Source: Rhodobiaceae bacterium (lineage in GTDB: Bacteria; Pseudomonadota; Alphaproteobacteria; Rhizobiales; TMED25). Taken from it: 64,000 nucleotides of DNA. The DNA is taken from positions 8,178-72,177 of the forward strand of contig JABIEF010000057.1 of NCBI GenBank assembly GCA_018651345.1. The letters are read 5' to 3'. Of the stretch, positions 9,625-18,356 are shown piece by piece. The notes beneath the pieces are model-generated. The model was given only the letters and a program-made list of their open reading frames with translations, was not told the DNA's origin and searched no databases. Made by a program: the position numbers and the translations under genes. Numbering within the stretch: the first letter of the stretch is position 1; each line of letters begins with the position of its first letter.

Positions 9625-10821
9625 TTATATCGATTTTATTTTATATAGACCTACATTTATAGTTTTTTCGGCAAACCCTGCTTCACAATATGATAAATAA
9701 TAGTTCCAGGTTCTTTTGAATTTTTCATCGTATCCTATTTCTTTTATGTTCACCCAGTTATTATTAAATTTATTTCTCCATTCCTGTAGAGTTTTTTCAT
9801 AAGAATCATTCAATATATTGATATTTTCAATTTCAAGCCCATTTCTCATGGTTTCTTTCTCAAGTTGCTTTACGCTTGGAAGCACTCCGCCAGGAAAAAT
9901 ATATTTTTGAATGAAATCAACGTTACGTGAATAATTGCTAAAGCCTTCTTCACCGATTGTTATGGCTTGAATAATTGCGTATCCATTCGGTTTAAGTCTA
10001 TTTTTAATTGTTTTAAAGTAGATGGGAAGATATTTTATCCCAACGGCTTCAATCATTTCAACAGAAACTATTTTGTCATACAATCCCTTTGTGTGTCGGT
10101 AGTCCAGCAATTTAAAGGAACAACTATTAGACTTTGGGCTAAGACTAAGTTTTTTTGCATACTCGAGTTGTTTCTCCGAAATAGTTATTGCATCAATATT
10201 AATATCATTTTCATTAAAGAGATATTGCGACAAGGAACCCCACCCGCAGCCTATTTCAAGCACACTATCATTTTTAGAAAGGCCTAATAAATTATTGATA
10301 TTTTGGAATTTACTATATTGAGCATCTTCAAGGTTTTTATGATCACTGTTATAATGAGCACTTGAATATTGCATAGTCTCATCCAGCCATTGCTGGAAGA
10401 AATCATTACCTAAGTCATAGTGAAGTGATATATTTTTTTTACTTCGGTTTATTGTGTTTTTATTTAGTAATTTACGTAAATAATTATAATTGAATATTTT
10501 AAAATATTTTAAAAAAGTACCCTGGAACTGATCTTTGTTATTAATATAAAATTTAAATAAATCAGTTAAATTTTCACATTCAAATTCATTTGAAATGTAG
10601 CAATCTGCGAACGCGAGAGGTCCTTTGAATAAAAAAGATTTAAATAGTTTATAGTTATGCAATTTAATTGAGGCATTGATGCCGCTATTTATCTTACCAA
10701 AGATGAATTCCTTATTATTAGGCAATGTTATGGAGAGACAACCCAATGGAGTCCAATTAAGTTTTTTAGACAATAAATTTTCAATTATTTTATGTTTAGT
10801 ATTCTTATTTATAAACTTCAT
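9625..10821 (-). CDS. cyclopropane-fatty-acyl-phospholipid synthase-like SAM-dependent methyltransferase
   Basis: 398 aa with SAM motif VLEIGCGWGSL and the CMAS-type C-terminal region (YLSYCEAGF). Confidence 0.85.
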   Translation of the reverse strand: MKFINKNTKHKIIENLLSKKLNWTPLGCLSITLPNNKEFIFGKINSGINASIKLHNYKLFKSFLFKGPLAFADCYISNEFECENLTDLFKFYINNKDQFQGTFLKYFKIFNYNYLRKLLNKNTINRSKKNISLHYDLGNDFFQQWLDETMQYSSAHYNSDHKNLEDAQYSKFQNINNLLGLSKNDSVLEIGCGWGSLSQYLFNENDINIDAITISEKQLEYAKKLSLSPKSNSCSFKLLDYRHTKGLYDKIVSVEMIEAVGIKYLPIYFKTIKNRLKPNGYAIIQAITIGEEGFSNYSRNVDFIQKYIFPGGVLPSVKQLEKETMRNGLEIENINILNDSYEKTLQEWRNKFNNNWVNIKEIGYDEKFKRTWNYYLSYCEAGFAEKTINVGLYKIKSI

Positions 10822-10841
10822 TTTTTAACTCTCTGTCAGCA

Positions 10842-11615
10842 TTATTTTATTTTAATGTACTCTATTTGGTAATTGGGAACATTTGCTCTTTTTTTTATTT
10901 TTAAACCCTTTATCCAAAGTTTTAAGGCTTCATAGTGGATTGCTAATATCACTTTGAAAATCATTGAAATATTATTTTTTAATGTAATTAATAAATTATA
11001 ATCATTTAGTTCTATTATATTATTTTTAAAATAAGCTTTTAAAATAGGAGTAGTTTTCTCTTTCAAAGCAATTCCTATATTCAATTCTTGATCTGTTTTT
11101 TTTACATGAAAGGAATATTCGCCAGTATTACCGTTGAAAGGCGAGATGTATAATTTTTTTTTGCAATTTTGATAGATTATACCCTCATTTTCATTGTTTG
11201 TTGGAATAACATATACAATTCTACCATTGAAGGTATTGTTAACTTCATATACAACCAGTTCAATTGTATTCTTACTATTGTAACCCAAGTAAAGCGTTAA
11301 CGGATTAAATGCGCACCCCAGTATTCTTGGATAGCAAACCATCGTAAATCTTTTTACTTCATTTGCTGTTTTAGATTGAGTTTTGATGTCGTTAAGAAAG
11401 TTCGTAATGTTAGTTTTATTCCCGTGATCTTTATCACGAATACTAAATAAATTAAATTTGTTATATGAAAAGTATCTCATCTCATTGCTTAATTGACTAA
11501 TCTTGTCACAATCAATCATTAAAGCAAATACCTTGTACTTTAGCATATGCCTTACGGGAGTTAATCTCTTGTGAAATATATCACCGATTAATATCCCATT
11601 ATTTTTAGATACCAT
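10842..11615 (-). CDS. DUF1365 family protein
   Basis: 257 aa. The N-terminus HKRLTPVRHMLKYKVFALMIDCD is typical of DUF1365. It sits in the conserved position between the FAD oxidoreductase and the CFA-synthase-like gene. Confidence 0.75.
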   Translation of the reverse strand: MVSKNNGILIGDIFHKRLTPVRHMLKYKVFALMIDCDKISQLSNEMRYFSYNKFNLFSIRDKDHGNKTNITNFLNDIKTQSKTANEVKRFTMVCYPRILGCAFNPLTLYLGYNSKNTIELVVYEVNNTFNGRIVYVIPTNNENEGIIYQNCKKKLYISPFNGNTGEYSFHVKKTDQELNIGIALKEKTTPILKAYFKNNIIELNDYNLLITLKNNISMIFKVILAIHYEALKLWIKGLKIKKRANVPNYQIEYIKIK

Positions 11616-11652
11616 AATAGATTACTCAAATTATATTTTGTGTGATTATATT

Positions 11653-12933
11653 TTATTTATCTGCAAATGACCACGGTCGTTTTCTTGAACCAAGTAATTC
11701 GGCAACATTTAGTCCACTCTTAATGCCATCTTCATGAAAGCCGTATCCCATATAACTACCGCAATACCAAGTATTATCTATTCCTTGTATTCTAGATAAC
11801 AATTCTTGTGATTTGATTGCTTTATTATCAAATATGGGGTGTTCATAAATATACTGATTTATTATTAGATCAATGGGGATACGATGAATCGGATTTATAG
11901 TAATAAATAGTTCTTGTGTTGTTTTTAGTTCCTGCAGATTGTTTAGCCAATATGTTACTGACAATTTTTCAGAATTTTTATGATTTTTTTTAAGATAATT
12001 CCAACTTGACCATAATTTTTTTCTTTTTGGCATCTGTTTTTCATCTTTGTGCAACACTGCAGTATTTTTCTGATAACGAAATGCACTTAATATTTCTTTC
12101 TCATTTTTACTTGGATCAGCAAGCAAACCTAATGATTGGTCTGCATGAGAAGCTAATACTACATGATCAAAGTTTACTGAATTGTTATTTATATCTATAA
12201 CCTCAACACCCTTGGAATTTCTTTTGATTTTCTTTATTGCTGTATTTAATTTTAAATCAAAATCCGAATTAGAGATAATTTTGCTAATATAATTTTTACT
12301 TCCATTAAAGACGGTATTCCAAGACGGTCTATTCTTAAAGTTTAACATCCCATGATTTGCATAGAAAGCAATAAAGTTATGCGCTGGATAGTTGAGCATT
12401 TCATTTGGATCAGAAGACCAGATTGCCGCACCCATTGGAAGTATATGTCTTTTTACGAATATTTGTGAATAGTTCTCGTTTTTTAAAAAACTACCGATTG
12501 TAATATCTTTGCTATATTTTTTTATATTATTCTCAGCATTAGAAAAAAATCTATTTACTTCGTAGAGTAAATACCAATGATAGGGGTTTATAATATTAGA
12601 AAATTGACCAAAATATCCCAGAGCCCCAGAACCAGAGTATTCATAACTTCCATTATCTACTGATAGGGAAAAGCTCATTATAGTATTATGGATTTTAACA
12701 TTAAGTTTTTTGAACAATTCTGTTAAATTTAGATAATTTTTTTTATTGAAAACTATAAATCCTGTATCAACAAATACGTCGCCGTCATCTGTTGATACTT
12801 TTACCGTATTAGCATGTCCTCCGGCATAATTATTTTTTTCATATACTGTTACATCATGATCTTTTGATAGAAGCCAAGCAGCTGACAATCCGGATATTCC
12901 AGATCCAATTATTGCTATTTTTTTTTTACTCAT
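11653..12933 (-). CDS. FAD-dependent oxidoreductase (amine oxidase / phytoene desaturase-like)
   Basis: 426 aa with the dinucleotide motif KIAIIGSGISGLSAAWLL...V.V.EK....GGH. Confidence 0.85.
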   Translation of the reverse strand: MSKKKIAIIGSGISGLSAAWLLSKDHDVTVYEKNNYAGGHANTVKVSTDDGDVFVDTGFIVFNKKNYLNLTELFKKLNVKIHNTIMSFSLSVDNGSYEYSGSGALGYFGQFSNIINPYHWYLLYEVNRFFSNAENNIKKYSKDITIGSFLKNENYSQIFVKRHILPMGAAIWSSDPNEMLNYPAHNFIAFYANHGMLNFKNRPSWNTVFNGSKNYISKIISNSDFDLKLNTAIKKIKRNSKGVEVIDINNNSVNFDHVVLASHADQSLGLLADPSKNEKEILSAFRYQKNTAVLHKDEKQMPKRKKLWSSWNYLKKNHKNSEKLSVTYWLNNLQELKTTQELFITINPIHRIPIDLIINQYIYEHPIFDNKAIKSQELLSRIQGIDNTWYCGSYMGYGFHEDGIKSGLNVAELLGSRKRPWSFADK

Positions 12934-12959
12934 TTAATATCCATTATGAAGTTACTAGT

Positions 12960-12987
12960 ATTACGAATTACATTCTTCTGTAGATCA
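12960..12987 (-). promoter_or_regulatory. candidate sigmaE-type promoter for the FAD oxidoreductase-DUF1365-CFA synthase-like operon
   Basis: The minus strand reads TGATCT (12987-12982), a 16-nt spacer, then CGTAAT (12965-12960). The motif ends 27 nt upstream of the start codon at 12933. Confidence 0.6.
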
Positions 12988-12993
12988 TATAGT

Positions 12994-13021
12994 TGATCTT
13001 TTTCTCAATCTATGTCGTATA
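12994..13021 (+). promoter_or_regulatory. candidate sigmaE-type promoter for the DUF2177 membrane protein gene
   Basis: TGATCT (12994-12999), a 16-nt spacer, then CGTATA (13016-13021). The motif ends 20 nt upstream of ATG at 13042. Confidence 0.6.
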
Positions 13022-13041
13022 GCAAATAGGGAGTAAATAAA

Positions 13042-13446
13042 ATGCAAAAATATTTAATATCATATTTTATAACAGCTTTAATTTTTTTATCGATAGATGC
13101 CGTATGGTTGGGAATTGTTGCGAAGAAATTTTACTTTAATAATTTAGGTTATCTCTTAGCCGAGAAGCCAAACTTTATTGCAGCTGGTATTTTTTACTTA
13201 ATATATGTAATTGGTATTGTTATTTTTGCTATTGCACCTGCATTTAAAATAAACTCTGCTAGTACAGCACTAATATATGGAAGTTTATTTGGATTTTTTG
13301 CCTACCTAACATACGACATGACTAATTATTCAACAGTAAAGAACTGGCCGATAATTATAACTTTTGTTGATATATTATGGGGTACTATTCTTACAGGATT
13401 TTCAGCTTGTGCAGGATACATTATTACAAAATCAATTATCCAATAG
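13042..13446 (+). CDS. small integral membrane protein (DUF2177-like, 4 predicted TM helices)
   Basis: 134 aa with four hydrophobic stretches. The family name is from memory of similar proteins adjacent to this operon in other alphaproteobacteria. Confidence 0.55.
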   Translation: MQKYLISYFITALIFLSIDAVWLGIVAKKFYFNNLGYLLAEKPNFIAAGIFYLIYVIGIVIFAIAPAFKINSASTALIYGSLFGFFAYLTYDMTNYSTVKNWPIIITFVDILWGTILTGFSACAGYIITKSIIQ

Positions 13447-13540
13447 TCGATTAATATCACTTTATTATTTCATTAAATCTATTCTTAACGATCTATGGTT
13501 AAACTATATAGACTATAGTTTTATTCAATAGGAGGTTTTT

Positions 13541-13927
13541 ATGATTACAGATCAAGATTTTAAAAAGGGACTTGAAATATTAGAAGAAATGGGCAGAGAA
13601 GATAGTCTATTTGAACAAGAAGATACTTACAGTGATATGTATGAGCTATCAGTCGGTTATCTCTGGGGACAAATATGGCAAAGGCCCCATTTGTCACTTA
13701 GGGACAGGCAGATAATCACTTTAGCTGCAAATATAGCTCTGGGAAGACCATCAGGTAACCATAGTCATTATAGAAGTGCAAAGAAAATAGGCATTACTCA
13801 TGAAGAAATTTGTGAGATTATGATTCATGTGGGTATGTATGCTGGTTGGCCAACAATGGCACATGCAAATCGTCAATATAGATCTGTATTAGCAGAAGAT
13901 AAATTAAAAGAACAAAATAATATATAA
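13541..13927 (+). CDS. carboxymuconolactone decarboxylase (CMD) family protein
   Basis: 128 aa. The segment LSLRDRQIITLAANIALG...THEEICEIMIHVGMYAGWP is typical of CMD-family proteins. GGAGG RBS upstream. Confidence 0.7.
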   Translation: MITDQDFKKGLEILEEMGREDSLFEQEDTYSDMYELSVGYLWGQIWQRPHLSLRDRQIITLAANIALGRPSGNHSHYRSAKKIGITHEEICEIMIHVGMYAGWPTMAHANRQYRSVLAEDKLKEQNNI

Positions 13928-13987
13928 TTTATTTTTTTATATATATAATAATTTTTATTATTAGTAATAAATAAGGGAGAATTTCAA

Positions 13988-15073
13988 ATGCAACACGATA
14001 TGCCAATGAAACCATACGGACCTACTGCGGGAAGAGATCATTTAGATTCTCGCCCAAGGCCTAAAACTACAACTGTTGATTTTCATATTCATATGAGAAT
14101 TACTGCTGCAGATGATTTAATAGGCGATAGGTTGCCAGATGATTCTAATGTTCAATTAAGATTTGCCGATGAAGCATCAAGGAAACAAAGTATAAAACAT
14201 CATCAAGAAAGAATGCCTTATTTAACAGATATAGCTGAACGTTTACCTGATATGTCTGATATGCAAGTAGATGTTGCTGCTGTGTCGTGTGCACCCAAAC
14301 AGTTTTTTTATTCTACAGAACCTAGTTTAGGACATGAATCTAGTCAGGTCGTTAATGATGGTATTGCAAATAATATTAAAGATCACAAAGATACTCATAT
14401 CGGACTAGGTACGGTTCCCTTACAGGATACAGATTTAGCCATTAAAGAAATGAAGAGATGTATTAATGAGCTTGGATTTAAAGGTTTACAGATAGGCGCA
14501 AGAGTGAGTGAAGAGGAAGAGCTTGACACTACAAGGTTATTTCCTTTCTGGGAAGCTGCGCAAGAATTAGATATTCCTATGTTAATACATCCGTCATCTT
14601 TTTCTAGCCCAAGATTAGCTAAACATCATATGATGAATATTATTGGGAATCCTTTGGATACGACTGTAGGTGTTCATTATTTAATTTTTGGTGGGGTGAT
14701 GGAAAGATTTCCAAATTTAAAATTTGTACTTAGTCATGGTGGAGCCTTTGCATCACATTATTCAGCTAGAATGGACCATGCTTATGGGGCAAGGCCAGAT
14801 TGTCGTGATAAGATTCACCAAAAACCAAGCGTTTATTTATCTAAATTTTATTTTGATACTTTAGTTTTTTCGAAAGAGCAACTTAGTTATTTGATTAGTA
14901 GATTTGGATCTGATCATATACTTTTAGGAACAGATTACCCATATGATATGGCTGAATTTGATCCAGTAGAACATGTATACCAGATTGATGGTATATCCGA
15001 AACAGAAAGAGAAAATATTTGTGGTCTAAATGCTTTATCGTTAATGAAAATGAATGCGGATTATTTTAAGTAA
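13988..15073 (+). CDS. amidohydrolase-2 family metal-dependent hydrolase/decarboxylase (ACMSD-like)
   Basis: 361 aa with HxH in VDFHIHM, then NPLDTTVGVHYLIFGGVMERFPNLKFVLSHGG and LLGTDYPYD, the ACMSD-type pattern. Confidence 0.7.
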   Translation: MQHDMPMKPYGPTAGRDHLDSRPRPKTTTVDFHIHMRITAADDLIGDRLPDDSNVQLRFADEASRKQSIKHHQERMPYLTDIAERLPDMSDMQVDVAAVSCAPKQFFYSTEPSLGHESSQVVNDGIANNIKDHKDTHIGLGTVPLQDTDLAIKEMKRCINELGFKGLQIGARVSEEEELDTTRLFPFWEAAQELDIPMLIHPSSFSSPRLAKHHMMNIIGNPLDTTVGVHYLIFGGVMERFPNLKFVLSHGGAFASHYSARMDHAYGARPDCRDKIHQKPSVYLSKFYFDTLVFSKEQLSYLISRFGSDHILLGTDYPYDMAEFDPVEHVYQIDGISETERENICGLNALSLMKMNADYFK

Positions 15074-15092
15074 AATATTATTAAATAATAGC

Positions 15093-15130
15093 AGACTCAG
15101 TTGGTACAAAAAATTGTATTAACTGAGTCT
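15093..15130. terminator. hairpin between convergent genes (10-bp stem, 18-nt loop)
   Basis: AGACTCAGTT (15093-15102) pairs with AACTGAGTCT (15121-15130). The loop is long, so the terminator call is tentative. Confidence 0.4.
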
Positions 15131-15138
15131 CATGATGA

Positions 15139-15417
15139 CTATAACCAATCAACCTCAAATATTTTATCCCCCATTTCATCAATTATAATTTTTGCCTTTC
15201 GGGCCGCACAATCTGATGCATCACTTTTAGATGAAAAATTATCAGTCCTTATGAATTCTTTTTCTTGAATATTGTTATTGATAGTTTTTTTAATAATACC
15301 AACCGTAAGCCAAGTACCGTCAACTTTTCTTGGTTTTGGGACAATTGTAAAATCTTTATAAATTATTTCAGGAGAAGTGCTGCTGCCTTTAATAATATTT
15401 TTTATTTTATTAAACAT
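15139..15417 (-). CDS. small conserved alphaproteobacterial protein, often annotated as HlyU-like
   Basis: 92 aa. The pattern YKDFTI.P.P.....W...G.I.K.......E..F.R.D.F.S...A......KA..IIDE resembles that family as I remember it. Confidence 0.5.
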   Translation of the reverse strand: MFNKIKNIIKGSSTSPEIIYKDFTIVPKPRKVDGTWLTVGIIKKTINNNIQEKEFIRTDNFSSKSDASDCAARKAKIIIDEMGDKIFEVDWL

Positions 15418-15660
15418 GAAAATACCTAAGTGAATGTTATATATTTAATAGTATTATAAAATTATTCTTACTAAATGTATATTTTTATATTATTATAATT
15501 AATAATATAAAAAAATTTTAGGTATCAAAGTAAAATATTAATTTTCAATGTAACAATTAATTTAAGCTGTAAAATTTTGAATTAATAAATAGTATTTAAT
15601 CAAAAATTATATTTATAAACAATAGTTTAAGTATATAATAAAAGTAAGGAAAATAGTAAA

Positions 15661-15858
15661 ATGGGTATTACAGGCATATGGCAATGGCTTGTGGTTGGTC
15701 TAATTGTTGTCTTATTATTTGCAAGGCCAGGTAAAATTTCTAGACTAATGGGTGACATAGGAGTTGGATTTAAAAATTTTAAGGAAGGTATTAAGGACAA
15801 AGATCAATCTAATCCACTAGAAGATGACGAAAGTAAAAAGAATAAAAAGAATGATTAA
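15661..15858 (+). CDS. tatA: twin-arginine translocase subunit TatA/E
   Basis: 65 aa with an N-terminal TM helix followed by an amphipathic helix (GVGFKNFKEG). Confidence 0.9.
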   Translation: MGITGIWQWLVVGLIVVLLFARPGKISRLMGDIGVGFKNFKEGIKDKDQSNPLEDDESKKNKKND

Positions 15859-15892
15859 GTATAAAAAGTCATATAAATAGGAATACCTGCTT

Positions 15893-16177
15893 ATGTTTGA
15901 TCTTGGTTGGCAAGAATTTTTAATAATTTCATTAGTATTACTTGTCGTCATCGGCCCTAAAGAGTTGCCAGTAGCATTAAATTGGTTTTTTAATTCAATA
16001 AAAAAAATAAAGAAAATGGCTAGTGAATTTATTTCTGGTTTAGAATCTATCGGTGATGAAAACGATATAGATGGAATTAAAAAAAGTATTAAGAAAATAA
16101 AAGATATTAATTTTGGTACAGAAATAAAAGAAGATGTAATGAAGATTAAGAAAATTATCACCGATGATGATAAATAG
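15893..16177 (+). CDS. tatB: twin-arginine translocase subunit TatB
   Basis: MFDLGWQEFLIISLVLLVVIGPKELP is the canonical TatB N-terminus. Lies between tatA and tatC. Confidence 0.88.
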   Translation: MFDLGWQEFLIISLVLLVVIGPKELPVALNWFFNSIKKIKKMASEFISGLESIGDENDIDGIKKSIKKIKDINFGTEIKEDVMKIKKIITDDDK

Positions 16178-16253
16178 AATCGATAAATATAAATACATAC
16201 AGTATATTTCTTGGAATAATTTATTAACGTTATTAAGCATAAGAAAATAAATT

Positions 16254-17027
16254 ATGAATGACACTATTCCAGATAAAAAGATGTCCTTATATGGACATCT
16301 TGTTGAGTTAAGAACAAGACTATTAATTAGTGTTGTGGTTTTCTTTATTATTTTCTTTTTATGTTTAGTTAAATTTGGAAATCCTCCGATAAGTTTTTCT
16401 GATCTTGTTTATATATTTCTACAAAAACCGTTAGCGGCTTTATTAGAAGAGCGCGGGGGCAGAATGATATTCACTGCACTGCATGAAGGTTTTTTTACGC
16501 AAATTAAAGTAGCTTTTTTTATTTCTATTATTGTATCTTTGCCAATTATATTAACTCAAATATGGAGATTTATTGCTCCTGGTTTGTATAAAGATGAGAG
16601 AAAGGTTCTGTTGCCATTCATAATAGCCACCCCGTTTCTTTTTTTGTTAGGCGCCTCGATTGTTTATTACTTAGTGATGCCTTTGGCTTGGGAATTTTTC
16701 TTATCATTTGAAATAAACTCTTCGATAAGCTCATTGCCAATTGAGATAGAACCAAGGATTTCTGAATATCTATCATTGGTAATGAGATTAATTATTGCAT
16801 TTGGATTATGCTTCCAATTACCAATTATATTATTATTGTTAATTAAAACTGGGTTTATAACAGCAGAATGGCTGGCTAAAAGAAGAAAATATGCAATATT
16901 AATAGCATTTATCGCCTCTGCAATTTTAACGCCACCAGATGTTATTAGTCAAGTGATGCTTGCAACGCCAATCATCTTTCTATATGAGATATCAATTCTT
17001 GTGGCAAGAGTATTTTATAAAAAATAA
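16254..17027 (+). CDS. tatC: twin-arginine translocase subunit TatC
   Basis: 257 aa with six TM segments. HLVELRTRLL and the PGLY.(K/R)E motif (APGLYKDERK) are present. Confidence 0.93.
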   Translation: MNDTIPDKKMSLYGHLVELRTRLLISVVVFFIIFFLCLVKFGNPPISFSDLVYIFLQKPLAALLEERGGRMIFTALHEGFFTQIKVAFFISIIVSLPIILTQIWRFIAPGLYKDERKVLLPFIIATPFLFLLGASIVYYLVMPLAWEFFLSFEINSSISSLPIEIEPRISEYLSLVMRLIIAFGLCFQLPIILLLLIKTGFITAEWLAKRRKYAILIAFIASAILTPPDVISQVMLATPIIFLYEISILVARVFYKK

Positions 17028-17136
17028 ACTTTCTATAAACTGATAAATGCCTTATAAGAAAGTCAGAAATAAGGGGTTTTATTGATTTTTTAAGTATTTT
17101 ATATATTAAATTCAAAATAAAAAAAGAAGGCTTTAT

Positions 17137-17424
17137 ATGTTTTATCAGACTTTAATGTTCATCCAATGGATTATGGGAGTTTATATATGGTTGTTGGGGT
17201 TAAATGCATTATTAACTTGGTTAGTACATTTTAAAATACTGGATACAAGAAGTTATGCGGTTAATGTATTAAGGGATTTGTTTTATAAATTAACGGATCC
17301 TCTATTGCGTCCAATAAGAAAGAGAATTCCAAATATTGGTGGTCTTGATTTTTCAATGGTAATAGCAATTTTTTTCTTGATATTGATGCAGGATGTTATT
17401 CATATAGTTATAAATAATCTATAA
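17137..17424 (+). CDS. YggT family membrane protein
   Basis: 95 aa with two TM segments and L.DPLLRPIRK.IP..GG.DFS. Confidence 0.75.
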   Translation: MFYQTLMFIQWIMGVYIWLLGLNALLTWLVHFKILDTRSYAVNVLRDLFYKLTDPLLRPIRKRIPNIGGLDFSMVIAIFFLILMQDVIHIVINNL

Positions 17425-17452
17425 TAAGAAAACATAAATAAGAGCAGATAAA

Positions 17453-18349
17453 TTGAACGATTTAACAAATAAATATACATTAATTGATGGAAAAGTTGTT
17501 TCCGCGTCTGTGTTAGTAGACGTTAAGCGTGAAATAGAAGAATTAAAATTGAATTCTATTATTCCATCCTTAGCAGTTGTGCTTGTTGGAGATGATCCTG
17601 CAAGCCAAGTTTATGTCAGGAATAAGAAACGTACATGTGATGAGGTTGGCATAAGGTCAATTGAATATAAATTGGAATCAACAGTTAAAGAAACAGAATT
17701 ATTAGAATTAATAGGTAAATTAAATAATGATAATGATCTGAATGGAATCTTAGTACAGTTTCCATTACCCAATCATATAAATAAGCAATTAGTGATAAAT
17801 GAAATTGATCCCGCAAAAGATGTAGACGGATTACATCCTATCAATGCAGGAAAATTGTTGAATCAAATTAACGGATTAGTTCCGTGTACACCTCAAGGAT
17901 GTATGATAATGCTTGAGAGTATTGGTATTAATTTATCTGGAAAAAATGCATTGGTTATAGGTAGGTCTAATTTAGTTGGGAAGCCGATGGCGCAATTATT
18001 ACTTAATGCAAACTGCACAGTTACACATGCACATTCAAAAACAAATAATATAGAACAGCTCACATTAAACTCTGATATTATAATTGCTGCAGTTGGTATC
18101 CCAAATTATATTAAAGGTAACATGATTAAGAGAGGCTCGGTTGTTATAGATGTTGGGATGAACAGAATATCATATACAAAAGATGGTATAATAAAAAATC
18201 GTCTTGTTGGAGATGTTGAATTTGATTCTGCTAAACAAGTGGTCTCAGCTATTACACCAGTTCCAGGTGGTGTGGGGCTTATGACAGTAGCATGTTTGAT
18301 GAACAATACTATTTTAGCAACAAAACTACAGCATAATATTAATCAATGA
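17453..18349 (+). CDS. folD: bifunctional methylenetetrahydrofolate dehydrogenase/cyclohydrolase
   Basis: 298 aa with a TTG start. Motifs LAVVLVGDDPASQVYVRNK, DVDGLHP, VIGRSNLVGKPMA and PVPGGVG. Confidence 0.95.
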   Translation: MNDLTNKYTLIDGKVVSASVLVDVKREIEELKLNSIIPSLAVVLVGDDPASQVYVRNKKRTCDEVGIRSIEYKLESTVKETELLELIGKLNNDNDLNGILVQFPLPNHINKQLVINEIDPAKDVDGLHPINAGKLLNQINGLVPCTPQGCMIMLESIGINLSGKNALVIGRSNLVGKPMAQLLLNANCTVTHAHSKTNNIEQLTLNSDIIIAAVGIPNYIKGNMIKRGSVVIDVGMNRISYTKDGIIKNRLVGDVEFDSAKQVVSAITPVPGGVGLMTVACLMNNTILATKLQHNINQ

Positions 18350-18356
18350 ATTAAAC

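Noticed and set aside
12918-12927. An A10 (plus-strand T10) homopolymer in codons 3-6 of the FAD oxidoreductase gene as a phase-variation switch.
   Set aside because: It encodes a Lys run (MSKKKIA), which is common at N-termini in AT-rich genomes. Similar runs occur elsewhere, for example near 54134-54142. There is no supporting evidence of variability.
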